This document shows positions 23,700 through 36,955 of a stretch of 64,000 nucleotides of DNA, one piece after another. The translations under genes were made by a program, and so were the position numbers. The notes under the pieces were generated by a model. That model made no database searches and was not told the DNA's origin. It was given only the letters and a program-made list of their open reading frames with translations. The stretch's first letter is position 1. Each line of letters starts with the position of its first letter. This DNA is from Takakia lepidozioides (taxonomy: Eukaryota > Plantae > Bryophyta). The stretch is taken from assembly GCA_030704615.1 (NCBI GenBank), contig CM060732.1:19158001-19222000 (forward strand), written 5' to 3'.

Positions 23700-24440
23700 C
23701 ACCGGAGGAGAGAGACGGAGGATTCGGCAATTTCTAAGGGCTTATAGAAATTGTTTTGCCTTCGGATTGAAGGATTTGGGGAGTTTGAAGGGTCAAGAGA
23801 TTCGTATTGATTTGGCAAGTGACACGCCAATCTTTCGAAGGCCCTACCGGTATAGTGACATGGAGAGGTCATTGATCCAGTCACGGACTATGAAGTTGTT
23901 CGAAGCTGGATTGGTGGAGTTGTCAGGCGGGGAGTATGCCTCAGCAACGGTGATGCCAGCTAAGAAGGATATCTATGGCAATTGGACAGAAAGAAGGATG
24001 TGTGGGGACTATCGTCCTGTGAACTGTCAGACTAAGTCCGATAGATATTTCCATGGCAACTCCAGAGGAGATCTTTGATGCCATTGGGCATGCAAAGGTG
24101 TTTAGCACATTGGACTTGTGATCCGGTTATCACCAGTTGCCAATCAAAGAGGCTGACAAGCAAAAGACGGCATTCTGGGGGATTGACCAACATGGGAAGG
24201 ATTGTTTGTACCAATGGCGGTTCTTACCGTTTGGGTTGAAGAATGCTCCTACAGAGTTTCAGAGGGTCATGGATAGGATTCTCGCGGGGCTAGACTTCGT
24301 CCGGTGATACATTGATGACATCATCGTCTTTAGTGCTACGGTTGAGGAGTATGAGAGACACCTTCAGGTGGTGTTTGAGCGCTTGAGAGCGCACGGGTTG
24401 AAACTGTACCCCGGAAAGTGCAAGTTCTTCCACAAGGGCC
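23700..24440 (+). pseudogene. Reverse transcriptase (gypsy type)
   Basis: RRMCGDYRPVN, FSTLDL*SGYHQ, LPFGLKNAP-EFQRVMD, YIDD at 24308-24319; frameshift and stops. Confidence 0.95.
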
Positions 24441-24449
24441 ATTGCATGC

Positions 24450-25495
24450 ATTCCACGCCCCATGGATGTGAGCAGAGTTCGTGCTTTCATGGGATTGGTA
24501 AACTACTATCGACGGTTTGTTAAGGGATTTAGCAGCATTGCAAAGGCTCTTACCAACTTGACCAAGGTGGGTCAGGAGTGGCAATGGGAGGAGGAGCAGG
24601 AGGAAGCCTTTGAGGAACTCAAGGCTCGATTGACTTCTGCACCTATTCTGAGGCGGCCTATTCGGGGACGACCTTTCCACTTATATACGGATTGGAGTAT
24701 GCTAGGGATTGGAGTAGTGCTCACACAGGTGGATGATGAGGGAAGAGAGTTCGTAGTGGCATATGCTAGCCGCTCGAACAATGATGTCGAGGCAAAGTGG
24801 AGTGTCTAGCTGCGGTATGGGCAGTGGCACATTTCAGATGCTACCTCTATGGCAATCTCTTCATCCTTGTCACGGACCACCAACCATTGAAGTGGTTGAT
24901 GGAATCAGACAAGCTTACATGGAAACTTGCACGGTGGGCACTTATGCTTCAAGAGTACGACTTCCAGGTGGTGCATTGAGCCGGTATCGTCAATCGGGAT
25001 GCAGATGGATTGAGTCGTAATCCATGCACGAGCGAGCATGATGATACTGGAGCTCGGTGGCATGGTGAGACGGATGAGGAGATGGTGCCACGATGGCATG
25101 CATCGGCCTTTTTGTGCATTCTAGCAATGGGAGCTCAAGCTGGTCCATCCCATGTGATTGGTCATGTACATAGCGTGCATGATGATCCAGAGACTAGTGA
25201 GGAGTTTGGTGGTGCTAAGGATGTGCATGAAGATACAGCAATGTTGGCATACCTTCGTACCGGAGAGACAGCAGCCAGGGTGACTGCTAAGGAGAGGGAT
25301 CGGGTCCTACAACGAGCCAAGAGATTCAAGTGGGAGATGAGGACGACAAGTGAGGATTGTGCCTCATCCAACATAGCGAGCGTGATTGGTACGCCATGCC
25401 CATGAGGAGTTGGGACATTTTGGGGTGCGGCGCACTCATAGTTTGCTGCAAGGACAGTATTGGTGGCAGGGCATGCACACAAATGTGCAATAAGG
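24450..25495 (+). pseudogene. RNase H and integrase N-terminal (zinc-binding) region, truncated
   Basis: FHLYTDWS, VVAYASR, ECLAAVWAVAHFRCYLYG, TDHQPLKWL, ADGLSR; HEELGHFGVRRT...YWW; no integrase core follows. Confidence 0.9.
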
Positions 25496-25664
25496 TTATG
25501 TTTTTTGTTCATGCTGAGTCCAGGATCCTCCGATGAGAACGGGGATGTGGTTGACTCCACAATTCCCTTTTCTCTCTGTCGTGCACCTAAGCATTGTGTC
25601 ACAACATACATCGTTGTCCACCACACAATCTAAGCACACAATCCTAGAAAGCTATACCACAATG

Positions 25665-25853
25665 GATAGTGGAAGTGAACATAATGGAAACCCTCTACTC
25701 ATGAATCCACTCAATCACATAAACTAAGTCAAGCCAAGGGCACCCTTGCTAGGGGAATCCACCCTACAAAGCCCCCACCACACTCCCTCTCAATACCTAG
25801 AGCTATGGAGGTGAGAGAGGCTCATGGAGGCTCAACTACAAGAAGATGAGCCT
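25665..25853 (-). repeat. Inverted partial copy of the LTR 5' region (10537-10725)
   Basis: High-identity reverse-complement match, cut at 25853 by a CACTA terminus. Confidence 0.85.
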
Positions 25854-28800
25854 CACTAGAAGGAAAAACGGCTTTTTCCACGGCTCTGCCATCTCACACC
25901 TGGCACATTCCACGGCTTTTATCACGGGTCTGTACACTAAGCCAAGGTGTGGGTCTAAATATGCCCTAATTGTGGGGTGTCTGACATGTGGTCCACACCC
26001 CAGGCAAGAACGGTGTGAAAACAGCCATGAGCATGGCAGGGGTTGGCTTAGTTTACATGGCATGTTACACACCTGTGTGAAATGGGAACATACAATTAAC
26101 AAAAAACACAAGAAATGGGAACATACACAAGAAGGAGCCTGTGGCCTACTTTTGGTGCCTTGCAAATTGCAATAAGAGGCTCCGATCTGTTGGCAAGAAG
26201 TACCCGTTGCTCCACGATTACTCCCTGTGGTACACATTGACTGGCCTTCCATGCCCTCTCGGATGAGCACGATGTCATGGTGATCATGGATCGAGGTGAG
26301 CGAGGATATACATAGTGTCATTGACATACACCGCAATGTAGATTCATGCACTGTAGCTTCCCGTAATCGTCTCATGCATGACGTTTTTGCTTCAGTTTTC
26401 AGCGTTGGTACTTGTGACGGTGTGATGGTTTGGGGGTGAAGCAGTAGCAATGCAGAGACTATCCACATTTCAGCCTGCGTACATTATCCTTTTGGGTTTT
26501 GCCTCAAGTTTATGTACTTAACTAGCCTCTCCTGTCAAAAACTGAGTGTCCCCTGTATGACGTTCAGCTTGCCTCTTGTTATCTACTTCTCAGACCTTTC
26601 AACCATACTGCTTATGAATCTGTAATACTTTTGTTTCATGTGTGGTGCAACAACTTGGTAATGGGCGGTAAAATTACAAGTGCACATGTGGTGATGTCCA
26701 CATTCAGAACAAATAACAGCACATCTGGATGGTTGAAGGCATAGCGCCCATGAGCTTCCAGCTCTAGCAAGAAAGAGTTTTATTTTCGGAAGGACCAAAT
26801 AATGTGGGGGGTTGCAAATCCATGCAAAGTACACACCCATAATGTGGACTGGTAATTGGTGTCTGTAACACATAATGGTCTTTGGATTGCTCACCTCAAG
26901 CCCCCCATACAAAGTATGTATGTTTTTCAAAGAAAGGTCATCTCTACAATTCCAACTCACAATCATGACAAAGCGGGGTGGTACATGCAGAGGGATGAAG
27001 CACCGAATCACAAACATGAGAAACAAAGAGAAATCACAAAGCAAAAGATCAACTTTGGCTATATATGAATCTGGAATCTCCATGATTCTGAATTCATGGG
27101 TTCCGAGGTGCCACATACCTTCTTGTGATTCATGAACATTCTCCTCCACCATCACATCGCCTCTAAATTGAGCAATGATAGAAGCCTCATCCCTGTCACA
27201 GTGAGGGTTTTTAAACAAGCCAAAAAATAGAGTAACCGTGGAACGAGCCCTCTCTATGAGTAAGTCAAAGCCAACATAAATAGGGCCACATACTGTCATG
27301 TGCGGAGGAATTGAACCTGTAGCCAACTGAATGGCTCTGCCCCATGCATGGCTCTGCCCATGTGACCTGCAAGCACACAGTAAAAAAAGTGGGGGTTTAC
27401 GAACTTGCCAAATCCCAAGCATGAACAGAGGGGTCCCATTAGTGGGGAAGACATGTGAATCAGCATCCACAGTTGCAATGCCCATCAGATCCAACATGTG
27501 ACTTGTTGTGCAGATTGTCCCCCGACTGCACCAAACCAGAACAAACATTATAAAGAAGTACATCCCCAACACATTGCACCCAACCCCCACAATCTGAACA
27601 CAGGGAAAATAGAGAGGGGGAGGGAGGAGCAGAGGCATCAGAATTCAGTTCGTAGCTAGAGAGTAAGTAAGGCATGGATGTGGGCAGGGGGGGAGATAGT
27701 AGAGAGGTGGACTAACAACTGAAGCAACCCAAAATGCCAACATGACGCTATTGCCCTTTTACCAGGAATCATCTTCCTCGCTGCTACATTCACAGGGAAA
27801 ATAACCGCAACAAGTGGATGCTGCAGCACAGGATGTCCGCTGATTTGGGACTCAAAATGCGCCTCAGTGTGCCACTCAAAATGTCATATAATGCATATGT
27901 CATTTTACCAGGCCAGTGGCTGAAGCACAGGGTGTCCAGTGATTTGGAACTGAAATGTCACTCAGTGTGTCAGTTAAAATGTCAACATGACGCTATTGTC
28001 CTTTTACCAGATGTAGTCATCTTCATCGCTACTACTTTCACTACACTCATGGTCAGTGTTGCAATCCTCACTATCTCGGTGCCATGGTTCGTCCCTTTGT
28101 GGCGGCCTCATCATAGCAATAGTAGCCATCTCAGCTTCGGTAAGGGTCGTTGAAGGTCCAAATTCTGTGTTGGGATTCACATCCTCCAATGCCTCCGCCA
28201 CTTGCATCCTTACGCATGACTCATTCTCACCAAAGCTGACACCAGTGACATCATGTACCACGCGCCGTGAGCGCGGCTCCTTCTGAAGTACTACTTTCCA
28301 GTTACCAGCGTTGGAGGGCTCATCTGCAAAAAAAACTTGCTCGACTTGCCATGGAAATGTGAATGGTTCATCTCCCGGTGGCAACATGCGATCGAAGTCC
28401 ACGAGTAGGAAACCATACTCATCCTTCTTCATGGTGCGGTTGCGACCTGTCAAGCTTGCTCTGACCCATTCACATATGAATACTACAGGAGTGACAGCAC
28501 CATACTGAAGCTGTAAAATTTCACGAACAACACCGACATATTGCAGCTGGTTCATGACAGGGTTACCATCCACACCCCTTCCCGTTGACTCTTCGGCAAA
28601 AATCTGTGCAACCCCAGAGTCGAATGTGACATGGTAATCAACCACACCTGTTTCCACCACTCTGTAGTGATTTCCGTATGCCCACATAGACCGAAATGAA
28701 CGAGCAACAAACCCTGGTGGCTTACACAGATGACGAATATTTGCATCATACGCTGCTCCTCTTGAACCAACATTTTGTACTGCCGACTGTATCCACATAT

Positions 28801-31800
28801 GAAAAGCAGGCAAAGGCAACATGTTTTCGGGGTATGGAACGGTGCGTTGGTGTGCATTTCTCCCTTGGGTGGTGTATGTGGCTCGAAATTCGGCTCTGGC
28901 TGATTCTATGGTGGCCTTCTCAATATCATAAAGTCTGGTCATACTCAATTCACACTTAGTCAGGACCATAGTATGTACAAAGAGGCTGAGTGAAAATTGA
29001 GAATGCGCCCAATTTTGTGTCCGGAAATGGTTCCCAGAGTTAGCATGTGAAGCCAAATAAATGATGTATACTTACCTCAGAAACGGTCTCATGCACGCCG
29101 TGTTGTGAAGCACATAGTCGTGTGCACTAGCCCGAAGCTCAGCCGACAGTTTCCTTGGAGTTCCAAAGCCCTCTAATACTTCTCCCGCAACACTTTCTTC
29201 TTCGTTGCAATCCCAGACCCTTCTACGAGTTCCTGGAAATGCAGCTATGTACTCTGTGAGGAGGCCAAGAGCCTCATCAAGAGAATACCTCCTGGCCATG
29301 CAACCTTCTGGCCGGGCATAGCTCTTCACATATCCCTTCAAATTTTTCATGTACCTCTCGATGGGGTACATCCAACGCGAACTAACAGGACCACAAACCT
29401 CCAATTCATTCACAAGGTGTAGCACAAGGTGGGTCATGAGATCGAAGAATGAGGGGGGAAACTCTTTCTCCAACAAACAAAGCGTTACAACCACATCCTC
29501 CTTCAGGGCTGGTAGTTCCTCGGGATCCACTGTTTTCATGCACAATGCGCGAAATACACGAGATAGCTTCATGATTGCGAGCCTTGGACCTTTGCCCAAC
29601 AAACCTTGAATGCACAAAGGTAGAACTTGTTGCATCAGTAGATGGTAGTCATGACTCTTCATGTGTGAAAACTTGTTCTTAGCAATATGCTTCTTAAATG
29701 AAGCACCATACCCTGTCGGTGTTTTTAGAGCACCCAAAGTTGCATAGAAGGTAGTAGTTTCCTGTCGATTCAACACGTAAGGAGCCTACGGCTTCACCAA
29801 CTTCCTGCCATCTCCGGGGTGGGGTTTTAACCATAAGTGAGGTCGTATGCCCTCATTCTCCATGTCCTTCCTGCTCTTTACTGTGTCCTTTTCCCCCAAT
29901 ATGGTGCGCAATATGTTTTCAGAAATGTTTTTTTCACAGTGCATAACATCAAGGGTATACCGTATCAACAAATCCTGAAATCATGGAACCACCATCAATA
30001 TGGCATACTTCGATGGTAAAGCCAAGAGATGACATCTTAATAATGGGAAAAGGAAGAACCAGCCTTGCATGCTGCAGACAGTATCCAGAGAGACAAAAGC
30101 CAGACATTTTCATGGAAACAACCATATTGCTGCTACATGTGCCATACATAGGCGACTCCAAACTTGCTTCATGCAATTTGCATTAGGCTGAAATCTAAGT
30201 CGTGTGTGATGATCCTTACAACTGTATCCATGCAACTATGAAATCAGCCCTGCCAACAAACAAACAATGAAGACATACCCACCTTCCAATATGGCAGGTT
30301 CCAAAGGATTGACCTTCGCTTCATGCCATGGGATTTGGCAGGGCACACATTCCGGCGACGGCTGCCAAATGTTTCCATGAACCTCTCGTTTTCCTCCGCA
30401 TTTTGGAGCTGATCCACAGTGGATACTTGGGGGGGGGGGGGGTTGTCTATGATCGGAGGCTCCATTGAAGTGGTTGCGATTGCGTCTATATGGATGGCCT
30501 GCTGGTAAGAATTTTCTGTGCCCCTGGTACACCATTTGCTCAGTGCACTGGAGTGCCTGGCATCAAGATTGGGCCCGCACACGGGACAAGCCTTGTAGCC
30601 CCCAACTGCACACCCTGCTAGCATGGCATATGCAGGATAGTCATGTACTAACCACATCAGAATGGCTCTCATGACAAAGGTCCTTGATCCTTCATTGCCA
30701 GATGCATCATTAGCCCTAACACCTTCCCACAACACGGTCAGCTCATCCACCAGAGGCTGCAAGAACACATCCGCATTGGTCTTCTTCACGGATGTCGGCC
30801 TTGGAATTAAGAGTGTCAACATCATAAAAAAAGGCTTTGTGCTCAGCCAAGGAGGAAGGTTGTAGTTCATGAGCAAGACTAGCCACGTAGACCATTTTGT
30901 TGATTTATCACCAAAGGGATTGATACCATCCCATGCCAGACCTAGTCGCAAGTTGCGAGGTTCAGCTGCAAAAGCAGGCCATGTATCGTCAATGTATTTC
31001 CATGCAAGGCTGTCAGGCGGGTGTCTCATCTTCCCATCTTGACTTTGGTTCTCCATGTGCCACACCATAAGCTTAGATATCTCCTTGCACTTGTACATGC
31101 GCTGCAGCCGGGGAATCGAGGGGAAATGCCGCAAGACCTTCTGTGGAACCAACATCTTCATGCCAGGGATGTATCGAGGTGCCCCACATTTAGGGCAAGA
31201 TGGTGCATCCTGCAGATCTCCCCTGTATAGCACACATCCCTTCTCACAAGCATGGATGCTATCGTAATTAAGCCCAGCTTTTGTTATAAGTTTCTTCGCT
31301 TCGTAATGAGATTTGGGCAAAAAGTTTCCTTCAGGCAATAGATGTCCGTGAAAAAGTTTCAGAAGCTCATCCATCGCTGCGTTTGTGACACCATGAATAG
31401 CACTAACATTGAGCAAAAGCAACGTCGCACTCAAGCAGCTCGTGGGGCAGCCAACATACAGAGGTGTGGTTGCTTGATGCTGAAATTGGAAAGCAGCACC
31501 GTCATCCCCATCCCCATGACTTTGTCCATCATGATGGCGCTCGTCTTCTCCAAGCCCTTCATCCTCATTAATGGTGCTTTGCACATTATCTGCAACTGCA
31601 AATGTTTCCTGCAACATGCGAATGATGTCGACGTCGGGGTCTAGATTCTCTCCACCACGAACAGGAACAGGGCTAATCTGTCTTTCCACATTATCCTCAG
31701 GAGGGCTACGTTCTTCCACAAAGTCTTCGTCTTCGGAGTCGACACTCTCCACCTGCATGTTCACCTGCAAACAGACGTGGTAGTTGGGTTGGACATCCAA

Positions 31801-32229
31801 TGATTGGAGTGGTAAAGGACGCAGACGCGCGAACAACTGCTCAGCGATTAATGCGATTAATGCTGAAGAACCACGTGGCGTAACCAGGCGGGCCGCCCGT
31901 GTGTCTGACCTTTTGGGCTGACTTTGACTTTTCCCTCCGGATGAGTGGACCGACTCACTGAAGCGCGGTAACACATGGACGCGGACGTGGACGACGATGT
32001 GGATGCCGACGTGGCGGCGCCACGACAAGCACCACTGCTGCCACGTGGCCACGGGCCCGGGGCGCCACGTGGTAGTAGACCACATAACTTGCAGTGCTAC
32101 ATGCCCAGTGGCAATTGCGACTGCGGAAGTTGGCGCAACCACTGCTTTACTACTTTACATGAAGTGCTTGAAATTACTTGAACAATCATTCATAGTGATT
32201 CATGCTTTGGAGTTTTGGTGTTTGTAGTG
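25854..32229 (-). mobile_element. CACTA (En/Spm) transposon with transposase; right boundary uncertain
   Basis: CACTAGAAGGAAAA at 25854 interrupts the LTR copy; contains tnp2; candidate TGTAGTG end at 32229 has no matching TSD. Confidence 0.7.
28004..31758 (-). pseudogene. CACTA tnp2/TnpD-like transposase (Transposase_21, DUF4218, DUF4216), spliced, few lesions
   Basis: IHACEKGCVLY...CPKCGAPRY, EPRNLRLGLAWDGINPFG, HDYPAY, LDVMHCEKN, MKSHDYH, FPPSFFDLMTHL, RWMYPIER, DEPFTFPWQVEQVFF; frameshift near 30537 and TAG at 29786. Confidence 0.93.
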
Positions 32230-32529
32230 AGTCGACTAGTAATGCCATACAAGAGAACTAATCATGCATTAGAAATGCACAAACGATGAAAGACATGCAT
32301 GAAACAAAATGAAATGAAAATGAATGAAATGAAAATGAATGAAATGAAACAAAATGGTACTTTATTACATCTGCGGAAAGCTCAAAGAGCTTATGGGACA
32401 AAATGAAAAACACAAAATAAAAAAGCAGCCCAAAAGCTACTGCTGCTCTGGGGATTGCCTAAGGGTCAAGGCCTCGTGCAAGTCAAGCAGTTCTGATCCT
32501 CATAGTGCAAGACTTCAGTGAGTTCCACG

Positions 32530-33790
32530 GAATAGACCATCTACCCATGGAGGTTTCTTGTAGTTATTGATCCACAGGGAATCATAGGTAAATCTTGTGC
32601 TTGAAATTTGGCCCTCTAGGATGAATCTGGACCACACTCTATCCCTGCTCCTTCAGCTATCCATGCCCCTGCACAAATCATGCATTCATCCTTGCCTTGC
32701 TGCTAGTAGCTGACAATGACAACCTACATTTGTTCTAGGAAACACCCAACTCAGCTTATCACACTAGTTCCTATGCTCAATTGCGTCTGCTACTCTCTGA
32801 AAATGTAGCAGGCATTCACCTTTTTGCCTCGGTTGTCCCATCATTGACTGGGGGCAGAAAAGTATTCATTCCACAGCTTCTCGTCATGTCTGTTACTTGT
32901 TTTTTGATACTTTCCTGTTGTCACATAGCAGTATCAGGTCAAAGTCACTCCAAACTAGATTCACTCAACCAGTTAACTTGCATAATTCAACATGGAAATT
33001 TTGGACCGATTCTAATAAGAGGGAAAAACAGGGTGAAATGTGCTGAAGAAGATGCCTTCATTAACAATGTCTGATTTTATCAATTGTGCCGTTGCTGCCA
33101 GTTGACCATCTACCCATGCAGGTTTCTTGTAGCTTCATAGTTAATCTGGAGCTTGAAGTCTGGCCCTCTTGGGTGAATCTGCACCCACACTCTATCCTTG
33201 CTCCTTCAACTATCCATGCCTCGCACGAATCATGCATACAACCTTGCCTTGTTGCTAGCAGTTGACGATGACAGCCTAGACTTGTTCTAGGAAGCACCCA
33301 ACTCAACTTATCACACTAGTTCCTACGCTCAATTGCATCTGCTACTCTCTATAATCCAACAAACATTCACCTTCTTGCCTCGATTGTCCCACCATTGACT
33401 GGGGTCAGAAAAATATTCATTCCACAACTTCTCCTCGTCTGTGTTACCTGTTTCTGATACTTTCCTGTTGTCACATTGGCAGAATCATGTCAAAGTCACT
33501 CCAAACTATCAAAGCTTCACTCAACCAGCTAACTTGCAGAATTCAGACATGAATAATTAGGGGCGATTCTGATAAGAGGGGAAAACAAGGTGAAATTGAA
33601 GAAGGTGCCTTCATTAGCAGTCATTACACTCTATCCTTCGCTCAGCCATATTGTTGAACACTCCCTGTCCACAAGGGTATTGTTCAAAATGACATTTGCC
33701 ACAATTCCAGCTTTGACGATGCAACCATGGACCTCTTTGCCCTTCCCCAGCAGGCTCGCACATGCACTACAAACGCAAACAACTGGTTGT
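32530..33790 (-). pseudogene. Duplicated OSB PDF-motif exons with intron, plus a PPR fragment
   Basis: EEKLWNEYFSDPSQWWDNRGKK|GT...AG|IHPRGPDFK...WVDGQL present twice (with variants); same family as 16.3-17.5 kb. Confidence 0.75.
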
Positions 33791-36639
33791 GGCAAACTGG
33801 GAGCAATATGTGTCAGAAGAAACCACTTATACAAATCTACAGCTTACAGGCTGTCTCTATCCTCAAAATTGACAGCACATCACCCGTTGCTATGACATAT
33901 ATTACCCTAGACACACATTGCCCTAACTGCCATCCCCCAAGATGCTACCCCCACCAAACTTCTCTCACTTGGGTCCTTGCAAGGCTGATTTCCAGCTTTG
34001 ACTCTGTGCATGGGGCCTATCGGACAACATACACCAGCAAGCCCTCCCCCTATCCTGCATCAACTCATCTCGGTCTTATCAACTGCACAACGTATGATGG
34101 GAGTGAGTGCAACATGGGAAAGAGCCACAACACATGATGAGCTGTAGGGAAGAAGCAACATCGTGCAAGTAAAGCAAACGATGAAGCAGAAAGACGAGGC
34201 AACATGGGAGAAGGGAAAATGGGGTCCAAAGGCTGAGAAGGTCAACTGGTCAACAATGAGGAACTGGCTCTGGAGCACTATGTTGATGATTAAAGGGAGC
34301 AGCAAATACATGTGGGGCATCGCAGCAAAGTGCATGCCAAGGAGGGTCAGAATAGTGCAAGAAAGACTCCATGGATGGTGGGCAGCCAAGGGAGATGCAG
34401 TGAGACAAGGCACTCATGGCAAGGGAGCTGCCAAGACAAAACTGTTGATTAGGCTACGGAGAAAAAAGAAAGCACAAGATCAACTACGAGGAAAAGTAGC
34501 AATTCAAGCATGGGAGCTGATGCTAAAACATGAGGAGGAAGACATACGAGGTGAAGCATCAAGGGAACCAGTAGGAGATGAGGAAGATGGAGCACATTTT
34601 CTTGTCAAAGGTTGGCGGCGAAGAATGCAACCCAGCAATCAAAAAGTGAGGCACCCGAGGCTGGACTGCTGCAAAGAGGTACAAAGACAGGAACTGAGAA
34701 TGAGATGTTGCCTTTCGGTGAAGTTCCCCACACAAGGGCTGTTTGGCAAGCAAAACCCCAGGCAAGGATGAGAGGTGAATCTGGGATAAAACCAGCAGCT
34801 AGGAGTGAGGAAAGACACAAGGAAGGGCAACAATACCTTGTCAAATCTGAGGGTGATGGCTGGAGAAAATTAAACAAGGACTGGAAGTATGGGAGCAGCA
34901 ATCGCATGAAGAAAAATCTGCCTGAGACGCTGAAGAGTGAAAGGGAGGAAGACAGACACCTCGCTTATGAAAAGTGGAAGGGCAGGGTAGAAAACCTGAT
35001 GCCTGAAATTGATGGGAGCTCGTGGGAGACTCTGCCAAGAAGACTCCAATCAGCTGTTGCCAACAATCGGAGATCGCCCTTGGCTGGCGCAACACCACAA
35101 AATAAGTGCAGCCCTGATAGCATGGTGAGTGGGGCACCAACAGAGCCAGAAAATGAGGGAGAAGGAAGAGACTTCCCTGCCAAGAAAGTCAATGCGGGCC
35201 TGCAGTGGCATGCAAGGAAAGGGACACCGTAAGTGTTGCCAACAGATGTACAACATTGCAAGGAAAGTGAATATCGGCAACGACATTCAGAAACCTCGAG
35301 TGAGGAACACTCACCAATATGTCAACGGAACATACAAAATTTACAAAAAAATCTCTGGAGCTCACAACAGCTCTGGATGTGAATGTCGTCAACGCCATTC
35401 ACAAAATTCCATTCAAGGACACTGCAAACTCACACTGAGTTGCTAATCCAGGTGAATGCAATCTCTAGGTTTGGAAGGACACAGACATAGAAGTGAATGT
35501 CGGCACCAACATTCACTTTGGATCTGTGATTACAGTGCTAACAAAGTCTAAAAATTTCTCAGTAGGACATTGCACGTGTAGACATTTGCATCATGGCCCA
35601 CTCTCCCCAACCTGACTGTCAAAGTCGTTGGACCGCAAAATGTTACCGTCCTTGGAGAACTCTCGGAAAAAACAGTATCTCTAGGTGAGACCTCTCCACT
35701 TCCTTATGTATGCCTCCAATGTCATTTGAGGTGGGGAAACAATTGAAATGTTCAAGTCCTTCAAAGTCTGCTCGAGCACAATGGTGGCGCGCTTCTCCAG
35801 CTGGCTTCATAGTGAATGGCGGTACCACCAGTCACAAACTGCTGGTGTGGATAACCATAAACAGAGGAGTACAAAGCAAATCTTCTGAATCCTATCACTC
35901 CCCAGAGCGGCAGGGCTTCGCCGAGAGGAGAGAGAATGAGGGAGAATGCATTGGATTTATAGTTGTGGATTCGGATTGTGAGGACATGTGTGGAGAATCA
36001 TACATCCGGATGCGCGGATGGACATAATCATAGATGAGCAATCGGATTAGCATGCGGACGGGCATCTCATCCAATGATTAGCCCTAAATTATAGGCACGG
36101 GGGGTCTCCCGTACTCGTATACTGGCGTGCTGCTCATCCAATGATTACCCCTACGTGCTAGGCACGGGGAGCCTCCTGTACTCTAGAAAGCGGAGGCGTG
36201 CCCTGACATCTCGCCACCGTCCAGCGCGGTGAATTGATGGGCCGCGCCTTGCAAGCTCTGTGCCCTTTGGCACCCATCATAAATCTCGCGCGAAAGATCT
36301 CGTGCCCGGAGATGGCATGCGGCGCGGGTGGGGCAGGACCAGTAACGTGGCATGGACGGGCGGAGGGAGGTCGGATCTGACTGGCGGATCAAATCTGGCG
36401 GATCAAAATCTGACGGACGCACACGGACTGTCATCAACTGCCACGAGCCGTCTCAAACTTTAATTGATGCCGGATGAACTGGCCATTATGGCCAGAGTCT
36501 GCCACTGCATACCACCAACAGCCTAGGATATTAAAAGCTACGGCGCAAGGACTGCATGGCAGCCGCGTGGCTTAACGGGGAGGGGTGTGGCGACATCTGA
36601 TCATCATGGCCAAGGGGCCATGCATGCATGGAATGGGCA

Positions 36640-36955
36640 TTGCATGGGCTGGCAGACAGGGTATAAAAGGGCCCCATTTCTCTTTCTGCGCCTCACTTCA
36701 TTCCCAACTCCACGGCGAAGCCCTGCTGAAAATTCCCCAAAGCTGAGAGTGGAGAGCGGAGACCGAGGGCTGAGTGGTGAGGGAGGCTGAGTGGTCAGGG
36801 CTGATTGCAGAGGAGGGCAAAGAGGGCTGAGGGCTCATTGCAGAGCAGGGCAGAGAGGGCTGAGGGCTAAGGGCTGTAAGGAGGCTTGGAGGGTTGAGGA
36901 GGAGGCATAATCACATAGCGACTGTCCAAATGGCTTCAAGCTCAAGGTAATTTCG
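36640..36955 (+). promoter_or_regulatory. Putative TATA promoter, 5'UTR and first micro-exon
   Basis: GGGTATAAAAGG at ~36660 after a GC-rich stretch; ATGGCTTCAAGCTCAAG|GTAAT near 36930-36952; rest of the gene not identified. Confidence 0.35.

Larger units (their letters stand above)
10362..25495 (+). mobile_element. Ty3/gypsy LTR retrotransposon carrying a DNA methyltransferase; 3'-truncated and interrupted by a CACTA element
   Basis: Order: LTR, gag (2 zinc knuckles), protease, DNMT, RT, RNase H, integrase N-terminal region. RT-RH-INT order is gypsy type. Confidence 0.9.

Noticed and set aside
26583-27638. 351-aa ORF as a single CDS
   Set aside because: It appears to run through intron-like pyrimidine-rich tracts; probably part of a spliced CACTA accessory gene that I could not reconstruct.
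33800-35640. ORFs 34163-35232 as genes
   Set aside because: Overlapping low-information frames; only a weak zinc-knuckle-like trace on the minus strand near 35590.
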